Shown piece by piece: positions 9,072-19,557 of a stretch of DNA of 64,000 bases. The DNA comes from a virus (taxonomy: Duplodnaviria; Caudoviricetes), in the IMG/VR virus record IMGVR_UViG_3300031820_000003, positions 1 through 64,000 of that record. One strand, written 5' to 3'. A program made the translations under genes and the position numbers. The notes under the pieces are model-generated. The model did not search any database, had not been told where the DNA came from, and saw nothing but the letters and a program-made list of their open reading frames with translations. Numbering within the stretch: position 1 is the first letter of the stretch; every line of letters starts with the position of its first letter.

Positions 9072-11599
9072 CAGAATGGCGCCTGTACGTCGATAGCCCG
9101 GCTGAAGCCTTCAAGGGACTGCCGGCGGTCGCTGAGCTCGGCGGCGCGGGCGGCGAGCAGCGGCGCGGGATCGAAGCGAAACCGGCCAACCGCGCCGCCG
9201 CCAGGCGCCGTCATCACGCTCCACCGACCATTTCCGTCCTGCACCATGACCTGATAGCTCGGCGGGCGCCCGTTGCTGATATCGCGCTCGGTCTGGTCGT
9301 CAGCGACCAAGGCGCGGGGCGCGCGGTACTCGCGGTTGCCCGGCGTCTCGAGCGCGGCCCGCCGGGCCCGCGCGGCCGCCTGCTCGGGTGACTGCCGGGC
9401 TGGGGCGGGTTCAGCGCCGGGTGACGCCACCGTAGCCCCGGTCGCCTCCTTCACGGCATCGTCCAGCTGCTTCGCCATCCAGTCCTGCGACCCGCCGATC
9501 GCCGGATAATACCGCTCGGGCGCGTAGGGCATGAGGCGGTTGCCATTGACCGCCGAGACCGCGTACTTCAGCTGCAACTTCTCCATCGCAAAGACATCGG
9601 CCGCCGTCGGGTTGCCGGTCGCGGTAAAGCCCTCGCGGTAGTTCTGGTCATAGTCAGCCTTTAGCGCCCCCGAGGCGACCGCCACTTGGTCGGACACAGG
9701 GGCGCGAGCGGTGGTGCCGAACGGCCCAAAACCGGTCGAGAACTTCGACACGATCTTGTCAGCAGTGACAGACTTTAATTGCTCATCAGCCAGCTTTATG
9801 GCCGACTGGTGCGCGGCGGACTGGTCCGGATCGTAGGAGCGCATCATGCGCTTGGCGGCCTCGTCCGGCGGGTAGAACGCCAAGTTGCTCTGCCAGGCCC
9901 GCAGGTTCTTGAGCCCGTCCTTGAACTGCTGGTCGAACTGGAGCGGATTGGCCTTCTGCTGCTGGTCCAGGAACGAATAGGCCGCGGTCATCTTGGCGGT
10001 ATCGCCCGAACGGGCCATGCCTTCGATGCTGTCGCGCACGCCCTTCTCGGCCAGTAGCGCCTGCATATCCTCGCCCTTGACCGCCTGGCCGACGGCGGTA
10101 AGCACGGCGGGACCGTTCTGGCCGGCGAGCGCGGAGCGCAGCGTGCCGACCTCGTCCTTGCCCAGTACCCGCACCGGGCCGCCCTGGAATACATCCTCAC
10201 CGAGCTTGGCGATCTTGGCCCGCGCTGCCACACCGGCGGCAAACTGCTGCGGATTGCCTGCATCAAGCGCCGGCGGCATCTCGATCTTGTCAGGAAACCG
10301 CCGCTGCACCAGCCCCCAGCCCTCATCCTTCAGGGCCGTCTCGGTCTGCGCCTTTGCAGCCTTGAGCTCTTTGGCGATGGCAGCCTCGTTGCCGGTCGCC
10401 GTGCCGCCCTCTACCCTGGCCTCGAGCCCATCGATATAGCGCTGCTGCTCGGGCAGCGGCAGCTTGTTGAATGGCCCGATGACCGCCCGCATGGTGCCAT
10501 ACTGCGACACAGCAGCCGCAAGGAGCGGGTCCTTAGCGTCCATGGCCCGCTTGTGCAGGTCGGCAATGGTGGCCGGGGTCGCGTCGCCCGTCTCCTTGAC
10601 CAGCCGGAAGTCGTCAGCGACGTCCTTGACGGTCTGCCGACGCTCGGCCTCATTCATGTGGATTTCGGAGCGGACCGTCTCGAACGCCGCACGCCGCTGC
10701 ACATCGTTGAGCTTGAGCGACGGATCGGTCAGGATCGACTTGCCGAAGTCGACCGCAGCATTGGGCCCGTCCTGCTCGTAAATCTGGTTGGCATGATACC
10801 GAATGCCCTGGACCTGCAACTCGCTATGGAACTTGTCCATCTCGTAGTTGATCATGTCCTTGGACACGCCGAGCCGCGGATTGTTGGCCATCTCGCCGTA
10901 CAGGGCCTTCATCTGACCGCTGTACTTGTTCCACTCCGGACCGTCGGTCACGCCCTGATTGGCCAGGGCGGTCAGGCTATCCTTGGCGCTCTCGATGCCA
11001 GCCCGGATGCTCGACTCCGCGCGCTGCAAATCGAGGCGCTCCTTCTCGTTCAGGAGCCCGCGGTAGGTGAGTGTCGTCTGCGAGTCGATCAGCTTGCCGA
11101 GCGTGATCCCGACCTCGGGGCCGGCCGCATCGGTATACTCCTTGACCTTTGCATTCTTGAAGGTTCCCGCTGCCGCAAGGTAGCCCTGCGGATTGTCGCG
11201 ATACTTCTCCCGCAGCGCGATATCCTCACGCTTGGCCGCACCCTCGCCCTCCGACACTGCCGCGAACTTGATCGCGCGCGCATAGGTCTTGCCGGCCTCG
11301 CCGAAGATCGGAACCTTGTCGACCTTGATGTTGCCGTTGGCGTCGGTTGTGACGGCCTGTAGCCCAGCGCGCTCAGCCAGCGGCTCGGCCACAGCCTCCA
11401 GCGCCCCGCTGGCCTTGTCAGCCGCACGGGCAATGTTCTCGCCCCGCTGATCGAGCATGTGCCCGAGCATCTGATATGGGCTGGCGATTTCGCTCGGGCT
11501 GACATTCGAGCGCGGCGCCGTGCTGGTAACGACCGGTCCGATGGACGGCTCAACACCGCCGACCTGCGTTTCGCGGACAAAGGGGAGAACGTCAGCCAT
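9071..11599 (-). CDS. Internal virion (ejection) protein, gp15 positional analogue
   Basis: About 840 aa, helical, translationally coupled to both neighbours. Confidence 0.7.
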   Translation of the reverse strand: MADVLPFVRETQVGGVEPSIGPVVTSTAPRSNVSPSEIASPYQMLGHMLDQRGENIARAADKASGALEAVAEPLAERAGLQAVTTDANGNIKVDKVPIFGEAGKTYARAIKFAAVSEGEGAAKREDIALREKYRDNPQGYLAAAGTFKNAKVKEYTDAAGPEVGITLGKLIDSQTTLTYRGLLNEKERLDLQRAESSIRAGIESAKDSLTALANQGVTDGPEWNKYSGQMKALYGEMANNPRLGVSKDMINYEMDKFHSELQVQGIRYHANQIYEQDGPNAAVDFGKSILTDPSLKLNDVQRRAAFETVRSEIHMNEAERRQTVKDVADDFRLVKETGDATPATIADLHKRAMDAKDPLLAAAVSQYGTMRAVIGPFNKLPLPEQQRYIDGLEARVEGGTATGNEAAIAKELKAAKAQTETALKDEGWGLVQRRFPDKIEMPPALDAGNPQQFAAGVAARAKIAKLGEDVFQGGPVRVLGKDEVGTLRSALAGQNGPAVLTAVGQAVKGEDMQALLAEKGVRDSIEGMARSGDTAKMTAAYSFLDQQQKANPLQFDQQFKDGLKNLRAWQSNLAFYPPDEAAKRMMRSYDPDQSAAHQSAIKLADEQLKSVTADKIVSKFSTGFGPFGTTARAPVSDQVAVASGALKADYDQNYREGFTATGNPTAADVFAMEKLQLKYAVSAVNGNRLMPYAPERYYPAIGGSQDWMAKQLDDAVKEATGATVASPGAEPAPARQSPEQAAARARRAALETPGNREYRAPRALVADDQTERDISNGRPPSYQVMVQDGNGRWSVMTAPGGGAVGRFRFDPAPLLAARAAELSDRRQSLEGFSRAIDVQAPF

Positions 11600-12207
11600 C
11601 ACACACCCGTAAAGCTGCCGGATGGCAAAGACGTGTTCCAAGCGGCCGCATCCGTCACCGATACCGTGCTGCTGCCGCCGCCACCGGACCCCAGAGCGCC
11701 GCCAATGCCTTTGAGCACATCAGACCCTGCCGAGATGTAGCCGCTCATTATCGCCGAGCTAGCGCCCACGTCGCCCGTGAGCAATGCCTGATTGGCGGCA
11801 TAGCGCAGATATGCCGCATCAGCCTCATCCTGTCGGGCCTGCTCCTGTATGCTGGATACCTCGATGTCCTTCTGTTCGGTGCCTGTCTGCTCGGTGTAAT
11901 CGCGGATAGCGGCTCCCGTCGGGGACGATGGATCAGCATGAGCTGCCGAGCGGATCGCATCGATATTGCCGAGCGTGATATTGAGATTGCGCGTAAGTTG
12001 GCCAGCAGTCTGCGAAGCCTTCAGCTCGCCATACTGCGCGGCGCGGTCGAGCTCGGCTGCCTTGAACTCATCTCCCGCCGCAACACCAGTCGCATTGAGC
12101 CGATCAGCATTAGCCTGGCCTTGGCCCTTGCTGATATCGCCAAATGCACCAAGCCCGACAGATGCGAGCGATATGGCGGCAGCCGTTGTGCTAACTGGAT
12201 CGCCCAT
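11599..12207 (-). CDS. Small internal virion protein, gp14-like
   Basis: Gly/Ala-rich N-terminus and Q/A-rich helix; follows the nozzle gene. Confidence 0.75.
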   Translation of the reverse strand: MGDPVSTTAAAISLASVGLGAFGDISKGQGQANADRLNATGVAAGDEFKAAELDRAAQYGELKASQTAGQLTRNLNITLGNIDAIRSAAHADPSSPTGAAIRDYTEQTGTEQKDIEVSSIQEQARQDEADAAYLRYAANQALLTGDVGASSAIMSGYISAGSDVLKGIGGALGSGGGGSSTVSVTDAAAWNTSLPSGSFTGV

Positions 12208-14477
12208 CAGATGCTCACCTCAATGCCGATCTCATGGATGATCAGCGGCCCCGGCGTGTTCTTGATAACCGCAACGCGCGGATCGAACGCGCGGCCGAGC
12301 GGGCGCCAGCGCTGTGCCTCCTCGCGAAGTGCAGGCGGCTTGGTTGGGTCATCATCCTGATTCCACGTGTCTACACGATGGATGTTCATGCCCGTGCCAA
12401 GCGCCGGCGAAGTTCTTGTCAATGGCCCCGAGAACAGCCGCGACATAATGAATCCTGACGATTGCGACACATACACCGCCATCCGCGACACACGCCGCTT
12501 GAACATGCGCTGATGTACGTTTTGACCAGGCGAGGCATCCGGCACAAACGGCTCGAGCGTGGCAATCCATGGCTGTCCAGCCACGAGCGAGGCGGTCGTC
12601 AAGTCCTCACCTGCATTGCCCTGCGGAATGATATTGCCGTTGGCATCAACCGTATATGTGCCCATCATGCGATTCGTCTGATCCATCAGCGTCACCGTGG
12701 CACCGGGACCAGGAAAGACGAACAGCGGGCCTTTGCCGCCAGGTGGCGTGAATGGCGCAGGAAGACTGTTAACCAACAATACGCTATCGAGATATAGCGT
12801 GTTGTCGAGAACCTCAACAATGCTGACCGGCGTTACACCGTTCGGCGCATAACTGGTCGTGAATACGACATCGGAATTGAGCGCGCCAATCCAGGAAGCG
12901 GTGCCAGCGCCCGTCCATGGCGTCCAGCCGACATGGGGCTTTCCATCAGGCCCGGCATCAAGCAATCCATTCTTCATCAGATATTTGCCGACCGCTATCG
13001 TGCCATCGACATTGAGAACGTAAAGGTAGGTCTCCTCGTACTGCGTCGACCCTGTCGGGATTGCGATGGCTACCGGATTGTTGAACAGATGCGCGTGCAG
13101 CTCTGAAATGTTGTCGACCACATATGGCCTATAGTAGGCACCCGGCACCTGCACGGCGCCGATCTGCGTACCGCCGGCCTTGACATAGATGATCGATTGC
13201 TCTGCCGAGCGCGGCTGCACAGATGACGACGCGCCGAGCCTTGACAGTTGATTGAAAGAGATGGAACCGGGCTTGAGCGGGTTGGTTGCCGTGATCGGAA
13301 TATAATAGATCGAGTTATCACAAAAAACGAACTCGGAGCCCTCCATGCCGGGCTCAACGAACAGAACCTGCGACTTGCCCGGCGCAAGCTCGAATATCGC
13401 CTGATTCGCCAATGTTCCGACCTGGAAGTCATTGAGAACGCCGATCGCAGAGTAACCGATGCCGGCCGGCAATGATGGAAAGTTGCAAAATCCCAATCGG
13501 TTCTGATCCACAAACACGGATGCGGGCCATCCCCGCAGTGCGCTCATGACCTCCTCGTCCCACTGGAACGTGGCTTGCGGCAAGATCGAGAACGGCGCCC
13601 CCACCAGCACAAATGTTCCACTCGGGCCCACAATGGTTTCACCAGCGGTGAACCCCGCCGTATTCTGCATATAGTTGACAAGCAGAAAAGCGGAATTGAC
13701 CTGCGCGACCTCGGCCTGGATCGACCCGTCGGTCACCACATCACCAACCGAGAACGATCCTGACGTTACATTACCGGTCAACTCCTGAGACAAATTCAAT
13801 TGCTGCAGAACTTTTCCGGTTGCAGTTGTTGAATTGGTGACGCCAGTGATCAGAATTTGCTTTCCAATATAGCGGATTATGCTCCCGACCATATTGTTGG
13901 TGAAGTAATTGCCGACCGTGCGCAGATTGATAGCGGTACCGACGCGATCAGATGGCGTCAGCGTGATGTTGCTGGCGGCAAACCGGTAGAATGGCTCATG
14001 CAAGGCGCCGGTCGAATCCGCCAGAAATGAAAAGTTGACGACGGACCACGTCGATACGCCATCCCAGCTCAGGATAACCGGGATGAACCCGCGATAACAA
14101 ATATAGATCGACGATCGATACGCAGCCCAGACGATGCGATTCTGATCAGTCGTCCAGTTATATCCGCTCTGGGTAAAGACCCTGGCTCCCGTCGAATCGT
14201 AGACCCGCAAAATGCCGTTGTTGGAAAACACAAGATAGAATGTATTGACGACGCCCGGCGTCGCCGACAGCATCAAGATTTCCTCAACGCGTCCCGTTTC
14301 GAGAAACAGTGCTCGGCGGCCGGGGCGATTGGTCACCGCTCGAGAATTGAGAATGCGAAGATTTGCGCATTGGCGCGCACCCGACTTCATCAGCGGGTTC
14401 TCGTCGGCGCGCTTCATCGTGACGTCGATCTCGCCGGCCGAGAAGTCGCGTTGGGCCCCCTGTATCTTTGGGATCAT
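12207..14477 (-). CDS. Tail tubular protein B (nozzle, T7 gp12-like)
   Basis: N-terminal QRDFSAGEI..N..RPG and GWPASV motifs; 756 aa; position. Confidence 0.85.
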   Translation of the reverse strand: MIPKIQGAQRDFSAGEIDVTMKRADENPLMKSGARQCANLRILNSRAVTNRPGRRALFLETGRVEEILMLSATPGVVNTFYLVFSNNGILRVYDSTGARVFTQSGYNWTTDQNRIVWAAYRSSIYICYRGFIPVILSWDGVSTWSVVNFSFLADSTGALHEPFYRFAASNITLTPSDRVGTAINLRTVGNYFTNNMVGSIIRYIGKQILITGVTNSTTATGKVLQQLNLSQELTGNVTSGSFSVGDVVTDGSIQAEVAQVNSAFLLVNYMQNTAGFTAGETIVGPSGTFVLVGAPFSILPQATFQWDEEVMSALRGWPASVFVDQNRLGFCNFPSLPAGIGYSAIGVLNDFQVGTLANQAIFELAPGKSQVLFVEPGMEGSEFVFCDNSIYYIPITATNPLKPGSISFNQLSRLGASSSVQPRSAEQSIIYVKAGGTQIGAVQVPGAYYRPYVVDNISELHAHLFNNPVAIAIPTGSTQYEETYLYVLNVDGTIAVGKYLMKNGLLDAGPDGKPHVGWTPWTGAGTASWIGALNSDVVFTTSYAPNGVTPVSIVEVLDNTLYLDSVLLVNSLPAPFTPPGGKGPLFVFPGPGATVTLMDQTNRMMGTYTVDANGNIIPQGNAGEDLTTASLVAGQPWIATLEPFVPDASPGQNVHQRMFKRRVSRMAVYVSQSSGFIMSRLFSGPLTRTSPALGTGMNIHRVDTWNQDDDPTKPPALREEAQRWRPLGRAFDPRVAVIKNTPGPLIIHEIGIEVSI

Positions 14478-14489
14478 AGCTGCTCAGCC

Positions 14490-15266
14490 TCAGGCCACCC
14501 AAGAAGAAAGAGCGACAAATAATGCGATCATTCCTGGGATATTCGATCCGCCCCAATTGTTGATGCCGAGCGGCGGCCACGGCCGGCGAACACGGCGCGC
14601 TGCCGTAATGCGCGAATTGAAGAACTGCCGCTTGGGCTTTTGCTGGTCGTAACGGGTCCGCGCGCGCTGCAGCATCGCCTCACCAGCCTGCCACATCTTG
14701 TCGCCCTCTGCCGGGTCCTCATGCAGACCGCGGTAGATGGCCGCCATGATGAAGTTCTGCAGCGCAACGATCAGCGTTGGCGTGCCAGAGGTGGAATCCG
14801 AGAGCGGTCCGGAATTCGAGATGTACTTGAGCGTGATCTGTGCAGGCGTGACAGGAGGGCTCGGGGGCGGCGGACCGCCCTGTGCATTGACGACGATCAC
14901 CGGACCATTTGGGGTGCCGGCAATATCGTATAGGACCGGCGCAGGCGTGACGCTGGTGAAATCGGTCGACGTGTTGTCCTGATTGATCTTGAGCCAGATG
15001 ATGTGGACGCAGTCCGCGGGGATCGGATAGGCAGTGTCCCAGGCCGTATCCTGCGGCGCGGTCGGGCTCGGCTGAAGCGTCACGACCTGGCTGGCAAAGC
15101 CCCAGCCGTGACTTTCCATCATGTAGCCCATCGCCCGCTCATAGGCGGGAGAGCTGACATTCCACTCATCAGAGCCGTCATCGGCCACATTGACGAGATT
15201 GTCGCCGCAGAACATCAGGGCGGCGTTGATAGCGCCAAGTTTATCGATCGGAAAGGTGTAGCTCAT
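14490..15266 (-). CDS. Tail tubular protein A (adaptor, T7 gp11-like)
   Basis: INAAL..CG, H.WGFA, AYP.PADC motifs; precedes the nozzle gene. Confidence 0.85.
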   Translation of the reverse strand: MSYTFPIDKLGAINAALMFCGDNLVNVADDGSDEWNVSSPAYERAMGYMMESHGWGFASQVVTLQPSPTAPQDTAWDTAYPIPADCVHIIWLKINQDNTSTDFTSVTPAPVLYDIAGTPNGPVIVVNAQGGPPPPSPPVTPAQITLKYISNSGPLSDSTSGTPTLIVALQNFIMAAIYRGLHEDPAEGDKMWQAGEAMLQRARTRYDQQKPKRQFFNSRITAARRVRRPWPPLGINNWGGSNIPGMIALFVALSSWVA

Positions 15267-15323
15267 GCCGCACGGTGCTGCGGGACCCCAGAACGGGCAA
15301 CGCACGTTAGGGGCGGCACTCTT

Positions 15324-17330
15324 TTATTGCACCATACCGCCGGTGTTTGGAGCTATGATCTGGTTGAGCTTGGCCGCCAGCAGGTTACCGAAGGCGATGC
15401 TGCCCTGCGCGTTGATGCCGCCGATGTGGATGCCATCGGTCCAAAAATAATTGGTGCTGGTGTAGCAGGATTGGCAGCCAAGGTTCGGATCACTCCCGAT
15501 ATCGACAAACCCACTATTGCCCGTCAGGGGCCCGGCGGCAACCAGCGTATTGAAGCCGGTGAAGCCGCCACCGCCGAGGCGCCACTGCTCCATGGTTTCC
15601 GATACGGTGCCACCCGTAATGGTCGTCGTCCCAAGCCCCGTGGCAGCCGTGTAATTGACAGTCGTACCTGTGGTGCCAGCGGTCGTCGTGAAGTTGCCAT
15701 CGAGACTCGCGAAGGCGCCAGTACCCGTCAGCCCGGACGCATGCACGAAATATCCATTCGTGTATGGCACCGACCCCGACATCGTAAGACTGACCGCGCC
15801 GGTCCCACTATTGTAAGTCCCGCTGGTGATCGTAACGCCCGAGCTGGCCACCACTTGATTGTAGGAGGCCACGGGAATGTAAAATATCCCCGCCCACGCT
15901 GGAGCGCTCTGCGCGGCCAATGTCGTGTAGAACGATTGCAGCGACGCAAATACCGTAGCTGGGCTTTGTCCGCTGACATCCGCTTCGTGCTCACCGCCAT
16001 TGAAGGCGAGCACGTTTGCCGCGGCCGTCGAACTCATCAGCGCCGCGTCGCGGGTCGAATAGTTCGATACGATCGTTCCAAGCAGCTCGCCGGTGATCGC
16101 TGTGTTGATCCATTGCACCGGCTGATTGAGCTTACCGTTCAGGATCGCATAGAGCATCGCTCCATAGCCAGATCCGCCAACGGTCGTGCTTGTGGTTCCC
16201 GATTGCGGAAAGTGACTGTGGTCTGGGTTGGATATCTCGCTGTCGCCGTCCGTGATCACAGTGAAGTTGGCAAGCTGCGGCACCACGCCAAAGAGTTGGT
16301 ACATCCCGAGGCGCACGAGCTGCGCATTGGTGGTGGACAGCGCTGACGTGTAGATGATGACGGCCTGGACCGTCCCGTCGAGGAACCCCGGCCCGCTCGT
16401 GCACTGCACGCATTTGCCGATGATGCCACCGGTCGGGCTGCCTTTGGTTTTCCAATTACCATTCGTGACCGAACGCTCGCCCCAGAAAGCCGTTGCCGAG
16501 CCCGCCGTCGAGCCCGAGATCATGGAGAAGACCTGTGGATTGCTCTCTGCTGTCGTCCCGGTCTCGCCGCCGCTTGCGGTCAGATTGACCGCTGTTTCGT
16601 CCGACCAGCTATTGGTCGATGTCGATTTGACATAGTACGCCTGGAAATCCGTGGTCGCCGTGCCAAGCTCGAACATCGCCGGCTGATAGCCGCCAACGAC
16701 GCTCGAAAGCTGCGACATCTGGAAGAAAGAGAAGGTCGTTCCCCATGCTACGCTCGGCAGATTGAAGAAGTAGTTTCCGCTACCCGATGGAGGCGGAGTT
16801 AGCTTCGAGAAGACAAAATAGACTTGTGTGCCGACAACGCGGATAAACGGCGCATTGGCGATCGTTCCCTGCGTGGCATCACGCGCATTACCGCTCTGGT
16901 CGTAGCACTTGGTCGCCTGACAGACCGTGCCGCTGCAGAACGAATTGAGCGTCGCAATATCGGTTACGCCACTGATCGCTGCTATTGTTCGCGATGTACT
17001 GTCAGATGCGCGCTGCACATCGAACAGATTACCATTCGCCCATGCGGTCGTAAGCGGAGTCGTGCCGCAGTCAAAAGCTGGTGTCGTGCCTACACTAGCA
17101 TCAGCCGGAAGCCAGTTGATCGCCCCGTTATCGGTCCATGCGGCTGCGCCCGCAGAAACGCTCGTCGCCTTGAACCAGTGTGTATTAGTAAGGTTGACCC
17201 ATATGCGACCAACCACATTCCCGCGCTGCGAGTCATCCTGCGCAGTCGGGCTGCGTGTGGAGTTGTTCGGATATGAGAATGCCGGAATCGCGAGCAGCAA
17301 CCCAACGAATGCAGCCGCATTTCTACGCAT
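15324..17330 (-). CDS. Signal-peptide protein: ConA/LamG-like domain plus SGNH esterase domain
   Basis: Leader MRRNAAAFVGLLLAIPAFS; CYDQSGN; GDS motif near 16240 and DGIH near 15430. Confidence 0.65.
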   Translation of the reverse strand: MRRNAAAFVGLLLAIPAFSYPNNSTRSPTAQDDSQRGNVVGRIWVNLTNTHWFKATSVSAGAAAWTDNGAINWLPADASVGTTPAFDCGTTPLTTAWANGNLFDVQRASDSTSRTIAAISGVTDIATLNSFCSGTVCQATKCYDQSGNARDATQGTIANAPFIRVVGTQVYFVFSKLTPPPSGSGNYFFNLPSVAWGTTFSFFQMSQLSSVVGGYQPAMFELGTATTDFQAYYVKSTSTNSWSDETAVNLTASGGETGTTAESNPQVFSMISGSTAGSATAFWGERSVTNGNWKTKGSPTGGIIGKCVQCTSGPGFLDGTVQAVIIYTSALSTTNAQLVRLGMYQLFGVVPQLANFTVITDGDSEISNPDHSHFPQSGTTSTTVGGSGYGAMLYAILNGKLNQPVQWINTAITGELLGTIVSNYSTRDAALMSSTAAANVLAFNGGEHEADVSGQSPATVFASLQSFYTTLAAQSAPAWAGIFYIPVASYNQVVASSGVTITSGTYNSGTGAVSLTMSGSVPYTNGYFVHASGLTGTGAFASLDGNFTTTAGTTGTTVNYTAATGLGTTTITGGTVSETMEQWRLGGGGFTGFNTLVAAGPLTGNSGFVDIGSDPNLGCQSCYTSTNYFWTDGIHIGGINAQGSIAFGNLLAAKLNQIIAPNTGGMVQ

Positions 17331-18505
17331 CAATTGCATGTAAGCCCCAAAGCCCAGTAGCTGCTTTGATTGTTGCACATGCCTTGTGCATTTGAACCAA
17401 CAAAAGTTACTGGCCAAATGCCAGTCTCAACAAATTCGCCATTCATGTTCCCGGTTCCGGTTCCGCCAATTCTGGACACTCCTCCCGGAACGCCAGCGCC
17501 CATGTTTTTCGTGCTTGCCGTTCCGTCTACGTATACATTCCCGCTTGCGCCGTTAAAGCTGTTCTGAATGCCGTGAAAAGACCCCTCAGTAGCACCAGTA
17601 ATAGTCTGGGCGGTGCCAGCAAAACCGCCCATTGCTCCGGATGCCGTCCCGAAAAATGTCTCACCATTGGACGCGGTAGCGGTTATGTATATGACATTGT
17701 TGTTTCCCGTTGGTCCTAATCTCGCCGCGACAGCAGAAACAGCATAAGGCTGCGCAGCAATTGAATTGAGAGCCGTAGAGCTTGAAGAAATTACAGTGCC
17801 GTTGTTGCCGCCCTGTCCAAACAAACATGGAAGCGAATTCAAGCAACTGGTAACAAGCACAAACCTGTTCGGAGACGCGCCTAGGAGATCGCACGATGAT
17901 GTCGTGCAATTATTGCCCTGCGTCTGATCATAAATCTTTTTTGCCGAGCAAACCCAGACAGTGCCGCCCGTGATGGTAACAGTCCCAAGTCCGGTTGCAG
18001 CCGTGTAATTAACCGTCGTTCCCGTTGTCCCGGCCACCGTAGCAAAGACGCCATCCAAGCTTGAAACGCTTCCTGTTCCGGTGAGCCCGGTAATAGCAAA
18101 ACCTAATCCTGCCGTGCTTCCGGTGATCGAAGACGATACAGTCAACGAAACGGCTCCGGTCGCGGTGGTGTATGTCCCGGAGGAAACCGAAAAATTGCAG
18201 GACTGCCCCCCGATCGTTCCGCCGAACGACAAGTTACCGGTGCTGGCGTCCGTGCTTACATCCGAGCAAGTCGCGTCGTTAACATTGCACAGATTGAGCG
18301 CAGGATTTCCTCGAGTAGCAGCGCTGTACGCGCGCACTCCGTACCATGCTGCAGCGCCACTGACGACATCGCCAGGGCCGGTATAGCCACCCACAACGGC
18401 TGGCGCCCCCAAGCCGGCGTGTGACATCGGCACTTGCGCATGGCACTGCCATCCCGCAAACAGCAACGCGAAAAACGTCAGGTAGGTCGCGATTAACTTG
18501 CGCAT
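17330..18505 (-). CDS. Signal-peptide Cys-rich ConA/arabinofuranosidase-B-like protein
   Basis: Leader ending CHA-Q; YTGPGDVV..AWYGVRAY and IYDQTQGN motifs; paired Cys. Confidence 0.6.
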   Translation of the reverse strand: MRKLIATYLTFFALLFAGWQCHAQVPMSHAGLGAPAVVGGYTGPGDVVSGAAAWYGVRAYSAATRGNPALNLCNVNDATCSDVSTDASTGNLSFGGTIGGQSCNFSVSSGTYTTATGAVSLTVSSSITGSTAGLGFAITGLTGTGSVSSLDGVFATVAGTTGTTVNYTAATGLGTVTITGGTVWVCSAKKIYDQTQGNNCTTSSCDLLGASPNRFVLVTSCLNSLPCLFGQGGNNGTVISSSSTALNSIAAQPYAVSAVAARLGPTGNNNVIYITATASNGETFFGTASGAMGGFAGTAQTITGATEGSFHGIQNSFNGASGNVYVDGTASTKNMGAGVPGGVSRIGGTGTGNMNGEFVETGIWPVTFVGSNAQGMCNNQSSYWALGLTCN

Positions 18506-18514
18506 GGCGCGACC

Positions 18515-19309
18515 TCAGAATTGCGCGTACCAGACATCGACATCGACGCCGCCGGTGCCGGTCGATTTTGCGCAGAGACCAAACCCCGCCGAGGTTTTCA
18601 GCCCCGACCAGAAATTGCCGCCCCACGTTTCCCCGGTATTCGCGGCTTCCGTTGCGATGCCATTAATCTGCGCGAGCGTTCCATTGCAGGTAGCCGACTG
18701 ATCAGCTTCCGTTTCCAGCAACCATGTAGCCACGCCAGCCGCACGAGACCGCCACGAGCACACATAAATAACTTGAGACGCCACACCTTGAACGAACATG
18801 GTGTCGGTCGCGGTCGTAATGTGCTTGAAAACATGATTGTCGCAGTTGATCGGCGCCGCGACGTGACCGCCGGTCGCCCCGGATTCGAGCACGCCCTGAT
18901 AGAGAGCGTTCGCGGGAGGAGCTGCACCCGTCGCCGCATCGAATGCACCGCCGGCATTACCGACCACCCGATCGGTCCATGTCCCGGACTGGGTAACCGG
19001 GATAGCGCTTTGATTGCTCGCAATCGCCACCGGCGCCGAATTGGCCATGGTGGCTTGGCCGTTGGAGTTAAGACCCGACGTGATGTTGACGCTGACCGCG
19101 CCACCGGCCGATACGGCAGCACATTGGTTCTCAGTCGTCGCATCGCAGACGCCGGTCTCGCTGATGACGCGAGTCGAGGCGAAGCTGATCAGGTTGGCGA
19201 TCTTGCCGGAACCGACCGTCACCCCGATCGTGTCATTAGTTGCCCATGCAACGGCTGCTCCATAAAAGACCAGGAACAGAGCGAGGAGTATCTTGCTTTT
19301 CCGGCTCAT
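18515..19309 (-). CDS. Signal-peptide beta-rich putative virion protein
   Basis: Leader MSRKSKILLALFLVFYGAAVAWA-T; C-terminal jelly-roll-like segment. Confidence 0.6.
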   Translation of the reverse strand: MSRKSKILLALFLVFYGAAVAWATNDTIGVTVGSGKIANLISFASTRVISETGVCDATTENQCAAVSAGGAVSVNITSGLNSNGQATMANSAPVAIASNQSAIPVTQSGTWTDRVVGNAGGAFDAATGAAPPANALYQGVLESGATGGHVAAPINCDNHVFKHITTATDTMFVQGVASQVIYVCSWRSRAAGVATWLLETEADQSATCNGTLAQINGIATEAANTGETWGGNFWSGLKTSAGFGLCAKSTGTGGVDVDVWYAQF

Positions 19310-19557
19310 CAGAACAAAACTCCTATTGCCATGGGTTGAGCGCAGCCGGTCGAGAGATCAAGAGCGCCAGTGCAACTGCCGCCCCCTCCGCCACCGCCTC
19401 CGGTTCCCGCCCCGATGCAGCCGATGTAACCAGCCGAGGTGAACATCTTCTGCCCGCACGAAAGTTGCGCTCCGACACGCGGAGACGCGCCGAAGAAGAT
19501 CGCCGCGAGCAGGACCGCAATGGCAATCGAGCGCCAGATTATTGCTGGTATCCCCAT
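19309..19557 (-). CDS. Small signal-peptide protein with a Gly linker and 3 Cys
   Basis: Hydrophobic leader ending VGA-Q; poly-Gly; coupled to neighbours. Confidence 0.5.
   Translation of the reverse strand: MGIPAIIWRSIAIAVLLAAIFFGASPRVGAQLSCGQKMFTSAGYIGCIGAGTGGGGGGGGSCTGALDLSTGCAQPMAIGVLF

Noticed and set aside
4749-11599. Lytic transglycosylase domain in the ejection proteins
   Set aside because: No ES..G / A.GLMQ motifs found
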